From positions 49,602,001 to 49,666,000 of the forward strand of contig CM059432.1 in the NCBI GenBank assembly GCA_030390025.1: a stretch of 64,000 nt of DNA, in the 5' to 3' direction. The DNA comes from Squalus acanthias (lineage: Eukaryota). The position numbers and the translations under genes are program-made. The notes below the pieces were generated by a model. It made no database searches, was not told the origin of the DNA, and worked only from the letters and a program-made list of their open reading frames with translations. Shown piece by piece: positions 36,614 to 50,440 of the stretch. Numbering within the stretch: the first letter of the stretch is position 1; the number at the start of each line of letters is the position of its first letter.

Positions 36614-39600
36614 GACGTGTCTGCTGCTCAAGAAACTTCAGCTCCGAGTTGAGGAGCTGGAGTCCGAGCTGCAGAGATTGCGAGACATCAGGGAGGGAGA
36701 AAGTTACCTGGACCTTTTGCTCCAGGAGGCAGCCACACCCCTAAGATTAAATACTTTAGAATTGAGATGTGGTCAGGGACAGGAGGGTGTGACTGTGAGT
36801 GAGGCAGGTACGGGGATCCAGGAGGTAGTATTGCAGGAGCCTCAGTCCCTGCACTTGCCCAATAGATTCAAGGTTCTTGCAAACCTTGTGGACAATTGCG
36901 AGGACTGCAGGGAGGACGAGCAAACTGACCATGGCACCGTGGTACAGGAAGCCATTGAAGTGGGGGGAGTAAAAAGGAAGGTGGTTGTTGTAGGCAACAG
37001 TATAGTTAGGGGGATTGACACTGTTCTCTGCAGCCAGGATAATGAGTCCCGAAGGCTATGTTGCCAACCTGGTGCCAGGGTAAAGGACATCTCCTCCGGG
37101 CTGGAGAAGAACTTGGAGTGGGAGGGGGAAGATCCAGTTGTCGTGGTCCACGTAGGTACCAACGACATAGGTAGGACTAAGAAAAAGGTTCTGCTGAGAG
37201 AGTTTGAGCAGCTAGGGACTAAATTAAAAAGCAGAACCACAAAGGTTATAATCTCTGGATTATTACCTGAGCCACGAGCAAATTGGCATAGGGTCAATAG
37301 GATCAGGGAGATGAATGCATGTCTCAAAGATTGGTGTGGGAGAAGTGGGTTTCGATCCGTGGGGCATTGGCACCAGTACTGGGGAAAGAGAGAGCTGTTC
37401 CATTGGGACGGACAACACCTGAACCATGCTGGGACCAGAGTTCTAGCAAATTGAATAACTAGGGAGGTAGATAGGGCTTTAAACTAAATAGTGGTGGGGG
37501 GGGGGGGGGGGGGGGGGGGGGGAGGGTGGTCCCGGTGGAGAGAAATCTAGATTGCTAAAGAGAAAATACAAGTCAGCAGTGCAGGAAATTGATTGGGGTA
37601 AGGATAACCAGATTGTGTCAGGAAGATGTCTAAAAATGTTAAAAAGACAAATCTAAAGGCACTGTATCTGAATGCATGAAGCATTCAAAATATGGTAGAC
37701 GAATTAACAACGCAAATAGATGTAAACGGATACAATATAATTGCAATTACGGAGACATGGCTACAGGGTGACCAAGGCTGGGAGCTGAATATCCAAGGAT
37801 ATTCGATATTTAGGAAGGACAGGCAAAAAGGAAAAGGAGGTGGGGTGGCATTGTTAATAAAGGATGAAATCAGAGCAATAGTGAGAAAGGATATTGGCTC
37901 AGAAAATCAAGATGTAGAATCAGTCTGGGTGGAGCTAAGAAGCACCAAGGGGCAGAAAACATTGGTGGGAGTTGTCTATAGGCCTCCAAACAGTAGTGGT
38001 AATGTAGGGGATGGCATTAAACAGGAAATTAGAGATGCATGTAACAAGGGTACTACAGTAATCATGACTGACTTTAATCTACATATAGACTGGCCAAACC
38101 AAATTAGCAATAATACTGTGGAGGATGAATTCCTGGAGTGTGTATGAGATGGTTTTTCAGACCAGTACGTTGAGGCGCCAACTAGGGAAAAGGCTATCCT
38201 AGATTGGGTATTATGCAATGAGAAGGGGTTAATTAATAATCTTGTTGTGCGGGGTCCTTTAGGGAAGAGTGACCATAACATGTTAGAATTCTTCATTAAG
38301 ATGGAAAGTGAAGAAGTCCAATCCGAAACTAGGGTCCTAAATCTAAACAAAGGAAACTACGAAGGTAGGAGGAGTGAGTTGGCTATGATAGATTGGGGAG
38401 CTTCATTAAAAGGCAAGACAGTGGATAGGCAATGGCTAACATTTAAGGAACAAATGCATGAATTGCAACAGTTATACATTCCTTTCAGGCACAAAAACAC
38501 AAAAGGAAAAGCAGCCCAACCATGGCTAACAAGAAATTAATGATAGTATTAGATCCAAAGAGGAGTCATATAATGTTACCAGAAAAAGTAGCAAGCCTGA
38601 GGATTGGGAGCAGTTTAGAGTTCAGCAAAAAAGGACCAAGAGATTGATTAAGAGGGGAAAAATAGAGTATGAGAGTAAACTTGTAAAGAATATAAAAGTG
38701 GATTGTAAAAGCTTCTACAAGTATGTAAAAAGAAAAAGAGTAGTGAAGACAAATGTAGGTCCCTTACAGTCAGAAATGGGAGAATTTATAATGGGGAACA
38801 AGGAAATGGCAGAGCAATTAAACAAATACTTTGGTTCTGTCTTCACAGAAGAGGACACAAATAACTTCCTAGAAATGCTAGGGAACCAAGGGTCTAGTGA
38901 GAAGGAGGAATTAAAGGAAATTAGTATTAGTAAAAATATAGTGCTGGAGAAATTAATGGGACTGAAAGCCGATAAATCTCCAGGGCCTGATAATCAGCAT
39001 CCCAGAGTACTAAAAGAGGTAGCCATGGAAATAATGGATGCATTGGTTGTCATCTTCCAAAATTCTATAGATTATGGAACAGTTCCTGCAGATTGGAGGG
39101 TGGCAAATGTAACCCCACTATTTAAAAAAGGAGATAGAGAGAAAACAGGGAACTACAGACCGGTTAGCCTAAGATCAGTAGTAGGGAAAATGCTAGAGTC
39201 TATTATAAAGGATGTGATAACAGGACACTTAGAAGTATCAATGGGATTAGACAAAGTCAACATAGATTTATGAAAGGGAAATTGTGTTTGACAAACCTAC
39301 TGGAGTTTTTTAAGGATGTAACTGGTAGAATAGATAAGGAAGAACCAGTGGATGTGGTGTATTTGGATTTTCAGAAGGCCTTTGATAAAGTCCCACAAAG
39401 GAGGTTAGTGTGCAAAATTAAAGCACATGAGATTGGGGGTAATATATTGATTGAATATTGGTTAACAGACAGGAAACAGAGAGTAGGAATAAATGGGTCT
39501 TTTTCAGGGTGGTAGACGGTGACTAGTGGGGTACCGCAGGGATTAGTGCTTGGGCCCCAGCTATTCACAATATATATCAATGATTTGGATGAGGGAACCA

Positions 39601-39717
39601 AATGTAATATTTCCAAGTTTGCTGACGACATGAAACTAGGTGGGATTGTGAGTTGTGAGGAGGATGCAAAGCGGCTTCAAGGCGATTTAGACAAGTTGAT
39701 TGAGTGGGAAAATACAT

Positions 39718-40021
39718 AAATGAGAAGTCGCACAACACCAGGTTATAGTCCAACAGTTTTATTTAAAATTACGAGCTTTCGGAGCTGCTGCCTCTTCGTC
39801 AGGTAAAGGTACAGTGAGGGAATCTATTACACAGTATATATACACAGAGAGCAATGTGTCTGCAGAGATACAATCTGTTAGGGAGGCATTACATCAAAGA
39901 CACATCATAGTACAGCTAAGACAATGAGGTGGGTCACAGGGGGTCCAACGTGTCAAATGCTGCTGTCTGCAGTTGAGCTTTTAACTTTTTTTTTGTGTTT
40001 TTTAAAAAAAAAACTGGTAAG
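39718..40021 (-). mobile_element. Penelope-like fragment inserted in CR1 RT
   Basis: Interrupts RT exactly; TSD atacat (39712-39717 / 40022-40027); ACAACACCAGGTTATAGTCCAACAG terminus with hammerhead. Confidence 0.75.
39769..39806 (-). ncRNA. Minimal type I hammerhead ribozyme (stem II degraded)
   Basis: Minus strand TTAC-CTGACGA-AGAGGCAGCAGCTCC-GAAAGCTC-GTAA; stem I TTAC/GTAA; palindromic AGCT stem III; CUC site. Confidence 0.65.
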
Positions 40022-41299
40022 ATACATGTCAGATGCAGCATAATGTGAATAAATGTGAAGTTATCCACTTCGGTCAGGAAAATAGAAAGGCAGAGTATTA
40101 TTTAAATGGTGATAGATTGGGAAATGTTGATGTACAAAGAGACCTGGGTGTCCTTGTACAGCAGTCACTGAAAGCAAACATGCAGGTGCAGCAAGCAGTT
40201 AGGAAGGCAAATGGTATGTTGGCCTTCATTGTAAGAGGATTTGAGGTCAGGAGCAAGGATGTCTTACTACAGTTATACAGGGCCTTGGTGAGACAACTCC
40301 TGGAGTACTGTTGCAGTTTTGGTCTCCTTACCTAAGAAAGGATATACTTGCCATAGAGGGAGTGCAGCGAGGGTTCATCAGACTGATTCCTGGGATGGCA
40401 GGACTGTCGTATGAGGAGAGATTGGGTCGACTAGGCCTGTATTCACTAGAGTTTAGAAGAATGAGAGGGGATCTCATTGAAACGTATAAAATTCTGACAG
40501 GGCTAGACAGACTGGATGCAGGGAGGATGTTTCCCCTGGCTGGGGGGTCTAGAATGAGGGGTCACAGTCTCAGGATACGGGGTAGGACATTTAGGACTGA
40601 GATGAGGAAAAATTTCTTCACTCTGAGGGTGGTAAACCTGTGGAATTCTCTACCACAGAAGGCTGTGGAGGCCAAGTCACTGAATATATTTAAGAAGGAG
40701 ATAGATAGATTTCTAGACACAAAAGGCATCAAGGGGTATGGGGAGAGAGCGGAAATATGGTATTGAGATAGAGGATCAGCCATGATCATATTGATTGGCG
40801 GAGCAGGCTCGAAGGGCTGAATGGCCTACTCCTGATCCTATTTTTCTATGTTTTTCTATGTTTCTATCCAATTCCCTTTTGAAAACCACGATTGAGTCTG
40901 CCTCCACCACCCTTTCAGGCAGTGCATTCCAGATCCTAACCACTCGCTGCATAAAAAACTTTTTCCTCATGTTGCCTTTGGTTCTTTTGCCAATCACCTT
41001 GAATCTGTGTCCTCTGGTTCTCGACCTTTCTGCCAATGGGAGCAGTTTCTCTCTATCTACTCTGTCTAGACCCCTCATGATTTTGAATACCTCAATCAAA
41101 TCTCCTCTTAACCTTTCCTGCTCTAAGGAGAACAACCCCAGCTTCTCTAGTCTATCCATGTAACTAAAGTCCCTCATTCCTGGAATCATTCTCGTAAATC
41201 GTTTCTGCACCCTCTCTAAGGCCTTCACATCCTGAAGTGCGGTGCCCAGAATTGGACACAATACTCCAATTGAGGCCGAACCAGTGTTTTATAAAGGTT

Positions 41300-41801
41300 C
41301 ATCATCTACAGACCGGTGTGCCAGCTCTGTTCCAGCCACCACATCAAGCTCGCGGCTTGGCTGCTGGGAGACAAGGGCTATCCACTCTCCACCTGGCTCA
41401 TGACTCCCCTCCACAACCCCAACACTCCTGCCCAGCACTCATATAATGAGAGCCATGCTGCCACCAGGAACATCATTGAGCAGACCATCGGAGTGCTCAA
41501 GCCATGGTTCCGCTGCCTTGACCGTTCGGGAGGAGCCCTCCAGTACTCGGCTGAGCGGGTGTCCCATTTCGTCATTGTCTGCTGCATGCTGCACAACTTG
41601 GCCATCATGAGGGCGCAGCCATTGTCACCAGGCATAGCCGCACCACCTCAGAAGGAGGTAGGGGGAGACGAGGAGGACGAGGATGAGGAGGAGGAGGAGA
41701 GGGAACAGGAGCACAAACAGCAGCGACGGAGGAGCCAGCCACTCAATCGGCCTTGTGGAAGGGCGGTCCGTGACCACATCATCAGACTTCGGTTCCAATG
41801 A
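41300..41801 (+). pseudogene. Harbinger DDE transposase (HARBI1-like), C-terminal part
   Basis: [44 protein letters not shown]. Confidence 0.92.
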
Positions 41802-41966
41802 ATTCGAGGCCACTTCCCGGTTGCTCAATTCGTTCCCATCATTCCATCAATTTCTCATTCCATACCACACCCCAAAGCTGAAATGAGGCACAGCCCCAAA
41901 TCTGCTACATTCCAATAATAAATTTATCCAATTTCAGGAACCACATGTATACAACAACAATATTAA

Positions 41967-43867
41967 CTAATCACCCTTGTGCAAACCCTTACTTCCTCTC
42001 TTTACAGTGCTTTTCCCTAATCTACTGCTCCTACATAGAGTCTCCCCAGTGGCTGCAGCAGGGCTGGTGGAAGGTTGCTGAGTGTTGGTGCCAGAGACTA
42101 CAGATGGCCTTGCAGAATGCCCTCGACCAGCTCTGGGCCAGGAAGGCTCGGCTGTACACTGTACCACCTCAGGATGGGCGGCGGCAGACTGGGTTGGCTG
42201 GGTGACAGGCAGCGAGAAGTGCAATGGCGGAGTGGCAGTGGTGGGATCAGGAATGCTGTCATCCTGAGAGAGGACAGCAGGTTCCTGCTCCCCCTGACCC
42301 ACTGCCACTCCCCCGGGGCAGCTCCTCAGCATCCCTAGCAATGTGCTGGAGTACAGATTGGTGGCCTGCTGTGACATCGTGAGATCCCCAGCAGACTGTG
42401 GTGGAGCCAGCGACGATGGCAGCAGTCAGAGCTTTCATGGCATCAAGCTGAGGCTGCATGAGAGCAGTCTGAGATTCGATGCCACCAACCATTGACTGCA
42501 TGACAGCACTAAGACGTTGCGTTGCTTCTGCCTGTGCTGCAATGGAAGCTGCCACATCGCCCATGACATGCGTCATGAGGTCTGGATCCGCACGGTCTTT
42601 CAGGGAGTCCACCATCCTCTGCAGAGTGGAAATGATGGGCTCCATGGTGTGCGCAGAGCTCTGTGCAATGTTGGAGGCGGACTCCTCCACGCTCCTTACC
42701 ATTGCCAACAGGCTCTCGGGCACCCTTGCCATTGCACCGATCATCTCGGTGTGCATGGCCATCACCCTTCTTGTGAACGCCTCCCCATCGAGGTCCTCAT
42801 CTGCGTCCTGTGCAGCAGAACTCGTGCGTGAACTCGCCCTCCGAGGAGCTGGCATCCGAGCTACCCTTTACCCCTGGCCTTGCTGCAGCCCACTCGTCCC
42901 CAGTGCATCTGTGCAGACCCCTCTACTAATCTTGCCTCTAAAGATGGCATAGTGCCAGTATCTGAGGTGGTGCCTGCGGGTGAGAGATGCAGTGACGCGG
43001 TGATTTGCTCCTCGTCCTCTTCTCCTTCCTCACACTCAGTGGGAGGCTCAGGGATAGGCTGGTCATCTGGTTGCTGATTATTTGAAAGCATAAAGGCACA
43101 AGACTCGCGTTAAGGTGAGGGCAGGGGGGCAGGAAGTGAGCAAGGAATGCAGACAGTATCAGGAGTTGGAAAGTGGGAAAGGCTTGTGGTGTGAGGGGGA
43201 ACTGGGATGAGAGAAGGGGAGGGGATGAACATACCGTTGTTGCCCCCAAGGGGGTGGACGTTGCCGACGGCCACGCTGCCCACCACCTACTGCCGAATGA
43301 GTCGCAGCACTCGCTCCTCCAGGTCTGAAAGCTGCTGGAGCTGCGCATCACCCCCGTCTGTTCTCTGCTGCTCCCTCCTATTGTGAGCCATCTTGGCCTG
43401 CAAGAGAAACGAATGTGTGTGAGTCAGAGTCCAGATATGTGTTTGGGAGATATGCCTGCTGTAGTTGAATAGCTGTTATTGTAGGCAAGGCGTGAGATGT
43501 GGATGTGAGTTTGAGTAGGTGAAGATGTTTGGTGGGTGAGTGGTGGGGTTGTGGTGGCTTGTGAAGTGCGTACAGACTGAGGTTCAGATGCTGGTATGTA
43601 GGACCTGTTCAAGCATGTACTCACCTTGACCACCTGAGTGAGGTCGTTGAATTTCTTCCAGCACTGTGTCAGGCTGCGTACAACCACACTACTGGCCGAG
43701 ACCTCCTGAGTCACTTCCCTCCACATTGCCCTGAAGACCTGGGGCAATGGCCTCCTTCCAGTGTCCGGGAACTGCATTGCCCTCCTTCGCTCCACTCCAG
43801 CCACCAATGCCTCCAATGCCTCGTCCGTGAAATGATGAGCTCTCTCCCTGGGAGTGGGATCAGCCAT
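41967..43867 (-). pseudogene. Harbinger Myb/SANT gene (exons about 43867-43625, 43397-43235, 43081-41967)
   Basis: MADPTPRERAHHFTDEALEAL...MWREV...QCWKKFNDL; exon 3 acceptor mutated and frameshifts present. Confidence 0.85.
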
Positions 43868-45384
43868 CACGATCAGGGGATTGAGTTCCTTGCAGGTCGC
43901 CTTCACAGCCAGCACTGCTGATAATGAGGATCTGCACAATGATGCAACCTCCCCTGTAAGAGCTGGAAGGAAGCCAGTGTGAAGTATCATTCCCAATTGC
44001 ATTGCACCTGAAATTCATTATCGCTCTGCTGGTAACGCCCCTGTAGCGCCCTACTGAGGTCATTAGTGCTTGATTTAACGCTCCACTTCTTTCCAGAAGC
44101 GCTAACAGCCAATTTAAGGGAAGCTCAGAATCGTGGCGCTAATTTTTCATGATTTTAATATTAGTGCCCCAAACGGGGCGATACCGAATTTCTCCCCCAG
44201 TGCCTCTATTTATGAAGCCCAGTATCCCGTATACTTTTTTAACTGCTTTCTCAACCTGCCCTGCCACCTTCAACAATTTATGCAAATATACCCCCAGGTC
44301 TCTCTGTTCATGCACCCCCTTTAGGATTGTACCCTTTAGTTTATATTGCCTCTCCTCGTTCTTCCTACCAAAATGTACTACTTCGCACTTTTCTGCGTTA
44401 AATATCATCTGCCACGTGTCCGCCCATTTCACCAGCCTGTCTATGTCTTCTTGAAGTCTATCAATATCCTCCTCACTGTTCACTATTTCCAAGTTTTGTG
44501 TCATCTGCAAATTTTGAAATTGTGCCCTGTACACCCAAGTCCAAGTCATTAATATATATCAAGAAAAACAGTGGTCCTAGTACCGATCCCTGGGGAACAC
44601 CACTGTATACCTTCCTCCAGTCCGAAAAACAACTGTTCACCACTACTCTCTGTTTCCTGTCACTTAGCCAATTTCGTATCCATGCTGCCATTGTCCCTTT
44701 TATTCCATGAGCTTCAACTTTGCTGGCAAGCCTATTATGTGGCACTTTATCAAACGCCTTTTGGAAGTCCATGTACACCACGTTAACCGCATTACCCTCA
44801 TCAACCCTCACTGTTACCTCATCAAAAAACTCGATCAAGTTAGTTAAACACGATTTGCTTTAATAAATCTGTGCTGGCTTTCCTTAATTAATCCACACTT
44901 GTCCAAGTGACTGTTAACTTTGTCCCTGATTATCGTTTCTAAAAGCTTCCGCACCACCGAGGTTAAACTGACTGGCCTGTAGTTGCTGGGTTTATCCTGA
45001 CACCCTTTTTTGAACAAGGGTGTAACATTGGCACATCTCTAGTCCTCTGGCACCACCCCTGTATCTAAGGAGGATTGGAAGGAAATGAAAGGAAATAGAC
45101 CTGAACTGGTGCTCAGTTAATGGATCTGGCCTGGTTTGGGTGGAAGTTCGCCAAAACGGCTGTTAAAAATGGCCGGGCATCAACGTCTTTGGTGGACCGC
45201 TTGCTTTGAGGCCTCGCACGCACCTTTCCCGACACCCTTGGGGCCTTTATCTGTGAAGCTCTTGAAGATATCAGCGTGCTAAAGAATTCAGTTGTCAGTT
45301 ACAGCTTGAGTGCGTGCTCTGCTTGAGTATGGTCAGAAATGAAAGAGCTGTCAGGCTGTGATTGCTTGTCCTCGGCCAGCAGTT

Positions 45385-47362
45385 TATCATAGAACACATG
45401 GAATCATAGAATGATACAGCACAGAAGGAGGCAATTCGGCCCATCGTGCCAATGCCGCCTCTTTGGTAGAGCTGACCAATTAATCCCACTCGCCTGCTCT
45501 TTCCTCATAGCCCTGTAATTTATTTCCATTCAAGTATTCATCCAATTCTCTTTTGAATGTTACTATGAATGTGCTTTAACCACGCTTTTAGTCAGTGCAT
45601 TCCAGATCACAACAACACACTGTGTAAAAACATGATTCCTCTTTGCCAATCACTTTACTTCTGTGTCCTCTGGTTACTGACCCTTCTGCCACTGGAAACA
45701 GTTTCTCCTTATTTACTCTATCAAAACCATTCATGATTTTGAACACCTCTATCAAATCACCTCTTAACCTTCTCTGCTCTAATGAGAGCAACTGTAGCTT
45801 CTCCAATTTCTCCACATAACTGAAGTCCCTCACCCCTGGTACCATTTCAGTAAATCTCCTCTGCACCCTCTCCAAGGCCTTGACATCCTTCCTAAAGTGT
45901 GGTGCTCAGAATTGAACACAATACTCCAGCTGAGTCCTAACCAATATTGTAGCAAGGTTTAGCATAACTTTCTTGGTTTTGTACTCTATTGCTCTTTTAA
46001 TAATGCCAAGGATCTCATATGCTTTTTTAACAGCCTTCTCAACTTGTCCTGCCACCTACAAAGATTTGTATACATACACCCCCAGGTCTCATATTCCTGC
46101 ACCCCCTCTAAAATTGTACCATTTAGTTCATATTGCCTTTAAAAAAAATGTTTTTTATTCATTCATGGGATGTAGGCATCACCGGCAAGGCCAACATTTA
46201 TTACCCATCCCTGACTGCCCTTGAGAAGGTGGTGGTGAGCCACCTTCTTGAACCGCTGCTGTCCGTATGGTGAAGGTACTCCCACAGTGCTGTTAGGTAG
46301 AGAGTTGCTGGACTTTGACCCACCAATGATGAAGGAACAGCGATATATTTCAAAGTCAGGATGATGTGTGACTTGGGGGGAGCTTGGAGTTGGTGGTGTT
46401 CCCATGTGCCTGCTGCCCTTGTCCTTCTAGGTGGTTGAGGTCGCGGGTTTGGAAGGTGCTGTCGAAGATGCTGCAGTGCATCTTGTAGATGGTACACACT
46501 GCAGCCACGGTACGCCAGTGGTGAAGGGAGTGAATGTTTAAGGTGGTCGATGGGGTGCCAATCAAGCGGGCTGCTTTGTCCTGGATGGTGTCGAGCTTCT
46601 TGAGTGTTGTTGGAGCTGCACTCATCCAGGCAAGTGGAGAGTATTCCAACACACCCCTTACTTGTGCCTTGTAGATGGTGGAAAGGCTTTGGGGAGTCAG
46701 GAGGTGAGACACTCGCTGCAGAATACCTAGCCTCTGACCTGCTCTTGTTGCCACAGTATTTATGTGGCTGGTCCAGTTAAGTTTCTGGTCAAAGGTGATC
46801 CCCAGGATGTTGATGGTGGGGGATTCGGCAATGGTAATGCCATTTAATGTCAAGGGATGGTGGTTAGACTCTCGCTTGTTGGAGATAGTAATTGCCTGGC
46901 ACTACTGTGGCGCGAATGTTACCTGCCACTTATCAGCCCAAACCTGAATGTCGTCCAGGTCTTGTTACATGCAAGCATAGACTGGTTCATTACCTGAGGA
47001 ATTGTGAATGGAACTGAACACTATGCAATCATCAGCGAACATCCTCCCTTCTGACCTTATTATTGAGGGAAGGTCATTGATGAAGCAGGATGTTGCCCTG
47101 AGGAACTCCAGCAGGCACAATGCTGGTACATGTTATTGGCAGCTTCTTTAAATGTCTCTCCTCACTCTTCCTACCAAAGTGTATCACTTTGCACTTCTCT
47201 GTGATAAATTTCATCTGCCCATTTTACCAGTTTGTCTATGTCCTTCTAAAGTCTGTTACTATCCTCCTCATTGTTTACTATATTTTATGAGTTTCGTATC
47301 ATCTGCAAACTTTGAAATGATACCCTGTATACCCAAGTCCAGGTCATTAATATATATCAAAT
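45385..47362 (-). mobile_element. CR1 LINE 3' part interrupted at 46141-47110
   Basis: ORF 45588-45875 (RRLRGDLIEVFK); RT resumes at about 47150 (IYINDLD...KFADD on minus). Confidence 0.85.
46141..47110 (-). mobile_element. 5'-truncated copy of the LINE at 466-3736
   Basis: ORF 46356-46853 nearly identical to the 528-1601 translation. Confidence 0.92.
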
Positions 47363-48249
47363 AATATATATCCAATAAGATGAAAGGCAACCTTTTGTGG
47401 TATGCATATCTGGGCCATCTACCTGGTAAATGGTGCTAGCAGCTTCTTTACATGTGCCATTATCTACCACATCTGTTCCCTCATGTAGTGTACACAGCAA
47501 GCAGTGTACATATTGCTAATCCAGATGCTACCTGCTGCCGGGCATGCTGTACTGCTATTCTTTGAAGAAGTTGTCCTGGAGTGCTAAACCGAGCAACCTT
47601 CCTCACATTTACCTCATGCAGCACCATCTCCACTTTGCCAACTATCAACCAGGAGTTACATACTGTGCTGCTTCATCACTTGCCTACAGAATCCATTTCC
47701 TCTTTCTACATTTGTTTTGCCATCCAGTCCCATAAAGCCTGTGGAAAAGCTGGAAGAAATTGTTATTCCATCATGAAGCCACCTACTTTTATGTGGCTGC
47801 ATTGCTTTAAATCTGGCCTTCATTCTTGAAGAGCTGGTGACGTGTCAAATTTCCCATCTTCCTCCTTTGGTGGGCTGCAGAACTAGGCCCAATCCAGGCA
47901 GAGTATTCATTGTAAACACTAAATGATGGTCAACGCCAAAAAATTTGGCAATTTGCACAATCGCAGAACATGTAGCGCTCTGGTCTTGCCACCTCAACAC
48001 CAAGGTCGGGAAATATTCCCTAACATGTCATTATGTTGGATTACGTCAAATTTAATCCGTCTTCTGCAAAACTTTCCCTGACCCACAAAGGTACTTGACC
48101 AAAATATTAGAGTACCTACCTGCTTCACAACATATATTATTCAATCCTTACCCCTACCTACTATAGATGACATTTCCATGGTCCCATTGTGTTTCACAAA
48201 ATTTTTGATCATCTAGATATATACCTTTATAACTTTCAATCCTGTCCAT

Positions 48250-49400
48250 AGCAGATAATTATCCAGCTTTTATAAAGTATTTAATTGATTTAAGATTAAC
48301 TGGTGTGAGTCTGTCCCACACAACTGTTACTTTGTGTGAAAAACAAATGCACTGAGCTCGATGCTTTCTTGAGGCAACATTAATAGGTTAGATTTTCCAG
48401 TCATTGACTATGAATGGTAAAATAAAATTGACCTCTTTACCCTTGTCCTTTAGCTTCATGCTTACAGTCCAAGTTATATAACCTGCTTTTATCCATATTA
48501 AAAGTCTGGAACATGCCCCTTATTAATATTCTTCTCTCATTTGATAACAAGTTCAGTTTTCTGGGTCTTTAAATCAGCTTTGCCACTCTCTAATCTCTAT
48601 CCAGTGCATCAATGGCCTACTGAAGTTACTGTACATAATAGTCCAAATTGATGATTACCTATTCAGGATTAGAATAATATACTTTGAATATAAGCAAATG
48701 ACCTTGAATTCTATCCTAATATTTGATTCCTCTTGTTAATAACAGTTTTACATTAACTGTATATGTTCAGTGAAAAGAGAGTAAATCACCGTAAAATCCT
48801 TATTCACCTTTGCTAAGGAGCACATTTTTATGGCGGTCATTTATTTCATATAATCCGCTCCAGTGTGCATTGCTTGACATTTATTACTGAAATCCATTTG
48901 TAATTCCTTAACGTTTTGCTTAGTTGGTCCATAATACTTTGTATATTGATCAATCTGCCTTACATAAGTCACATGGCCAGGCAGCTTAAAGCCATCCGTA
49001 AATGTTGGATGACAAGAAGTACCCTCCACTCTATCATTTATTAAATTGTAAACAGCAAGTGACCCAGAACAGACCCCTTAAGAACCCCAATAAGTCACTG
49101 CCCTCAAACAGAACTTTTACTATTTAGCATCACTTTCAGTATTTTGTTGCTAAAACAATTTTAACTCCAACTAGCCTTATACATGGAACTTTATCAAATG
49201 TCTTCTGAAAATTCAAATAAATTATATCCATTGGGTAGACCTCATTTGTGAATTATTTACTTCCTCAAACAATTCCAGCAGATTTGTAAGGCATGACCTT
49301 TTGCTTCTAAATCCATGCTGACTGCTTCTTATGGCCTCTGCCGTGTTTAAATTAATATTAACACCACTACTTAAAAATTCTCCTGAACATTTTCACCAGA
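48250..49400 (-). mobile_element. Old degenerate CR1 RT
   Basis: Minus strand QHGFRSKRSC.TNLLE (about 49265-49325) and DFQKTFDKVP-like sequence (about 49180-49215). Confidence 0.65.
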
Positions 49401-50440
49401 GAGAGTTGGAGGAACACATCCATTGTTCCTGAATCCCCAAATGTTTCAGACTAGATGGGTAATTTTCTGACCTTGCCCACTGGTAGCACATATCGTAAAT
49501 TCAGGCTCACACTGCGCACGGTTTCCTGACTATTTATTTAAATGATGCTTGACCAAAATATTACAATTGCTAATAATGTTGAAAGTCATGTCTATTCTTA
49601 ACATTTTTCTCTCATTTGAAAACATCTTCTGGTGTGTGAAGGTTCCTCCCAGAAGTGCAAAATTGAAAAAAAATCCCTTAAATATCTTCTTTCTTCTTTG
49701 AATATCATGATATTAGACTCGGCCCTCCTGTCCTCTGATAAAAATGCTAGATTTTAATATTCCAGAGGAAAACACAGCAAACTTTAATAGGATATACATA
49801 AGGGTCTATTTTGCTCTCGCAGCATACCCCAGGTGTAATCTGCATTGGAAGTGCGCACTTCTGGTACTTTCACCTCAGTGCCTGAATTTCCTAACAGACC
49901 TCATTTAAATATAATAGGTACTCATAAGATGCATTGGATAGCACACTATTGGACACAGGCCAACACAGAAGAGGAAGTACAGATGTTTATTGGGCCTTAA
50001 AGACAACTGTAACATTAAAGATATATGGACAGCAACAGCCACATGTGAGAAATATGTGTATTTCACTGTTTATGGAAGTTTGGGCTTTAAATTCATTATA
50101 GCCCAGGAATGGGCGGTAAAATGAGAAAAGTTGGAGAATTAGCGCCAGGCACTAATGTTTCAGACTGCACGTAAAATTCGTGCTCTCTGCTCAAAGAAAT
50201 GATTGGAGCACTAATTCAAGTCTTTAAGCCCAAGCTCATTGGCGTTACACTCAAAGGGCAGACCAATATCAGGTGCAGTCTAATCGCAAGTCATGATTGC
50301 CACAGGCTTGTTTCAGTTCATAAAGGGGAGGTTCATTGATGCTGCAGAGCCTCATACTCAGCATTGCTGGCTGTGCAGTTGCTTCAGCAAGCAGCAGCAC
50401 ATCAAGGAGAAGGAGCCAGAGGACTGAAGCAGCTGTACTC

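Larger units (their letters stand above)
33381..40868 (+). mobile_element. Near full-length CR1 LINE (ORF1 esterase, ORF2 APE + RT) nested in the minus-strand CR1
   Basis: ORF 36597-37454 (VVGNSIVR, VHVGTND), 37692-38147 (IAITETWL), RT pieces 38644-40766; (TTTCTATG)n tail; tatc at both ends. Confidence 0.9.
41300..44198. mobile_element. Left-truncated Harbinger transposon
   Basis: HARBI1-type C-terminus on plus, Myb gene on minus; right TIR GAATTTCTCCCCC abuts CR1. Confidence 0.9.
33231..45081 (-). mobile_element. Host CR1 LINE split in three (33231-33380, 40865-41305, 44199-45081)
   Basis: Tail (CATAGAAT)n at 33231; ...GGTACTTATC joins TATCCAATTCCC at 40865; RT ORFs 40776-41261, 44139-44549 and 44473-44838. 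Confidence 0.85.

Noticed and set aside
37496..37526. Long poly-G tract (also G-rich 21800-21862)
   Set aside because: Low-complexity slippage inside CR1; length unreliable; no support for function
47430..47660. Another minus-strand Myb exon 1 remnant (VEMVLHEVNVRK...QQVA)
   Set aside because: Similarity too weak to call without an HMM search
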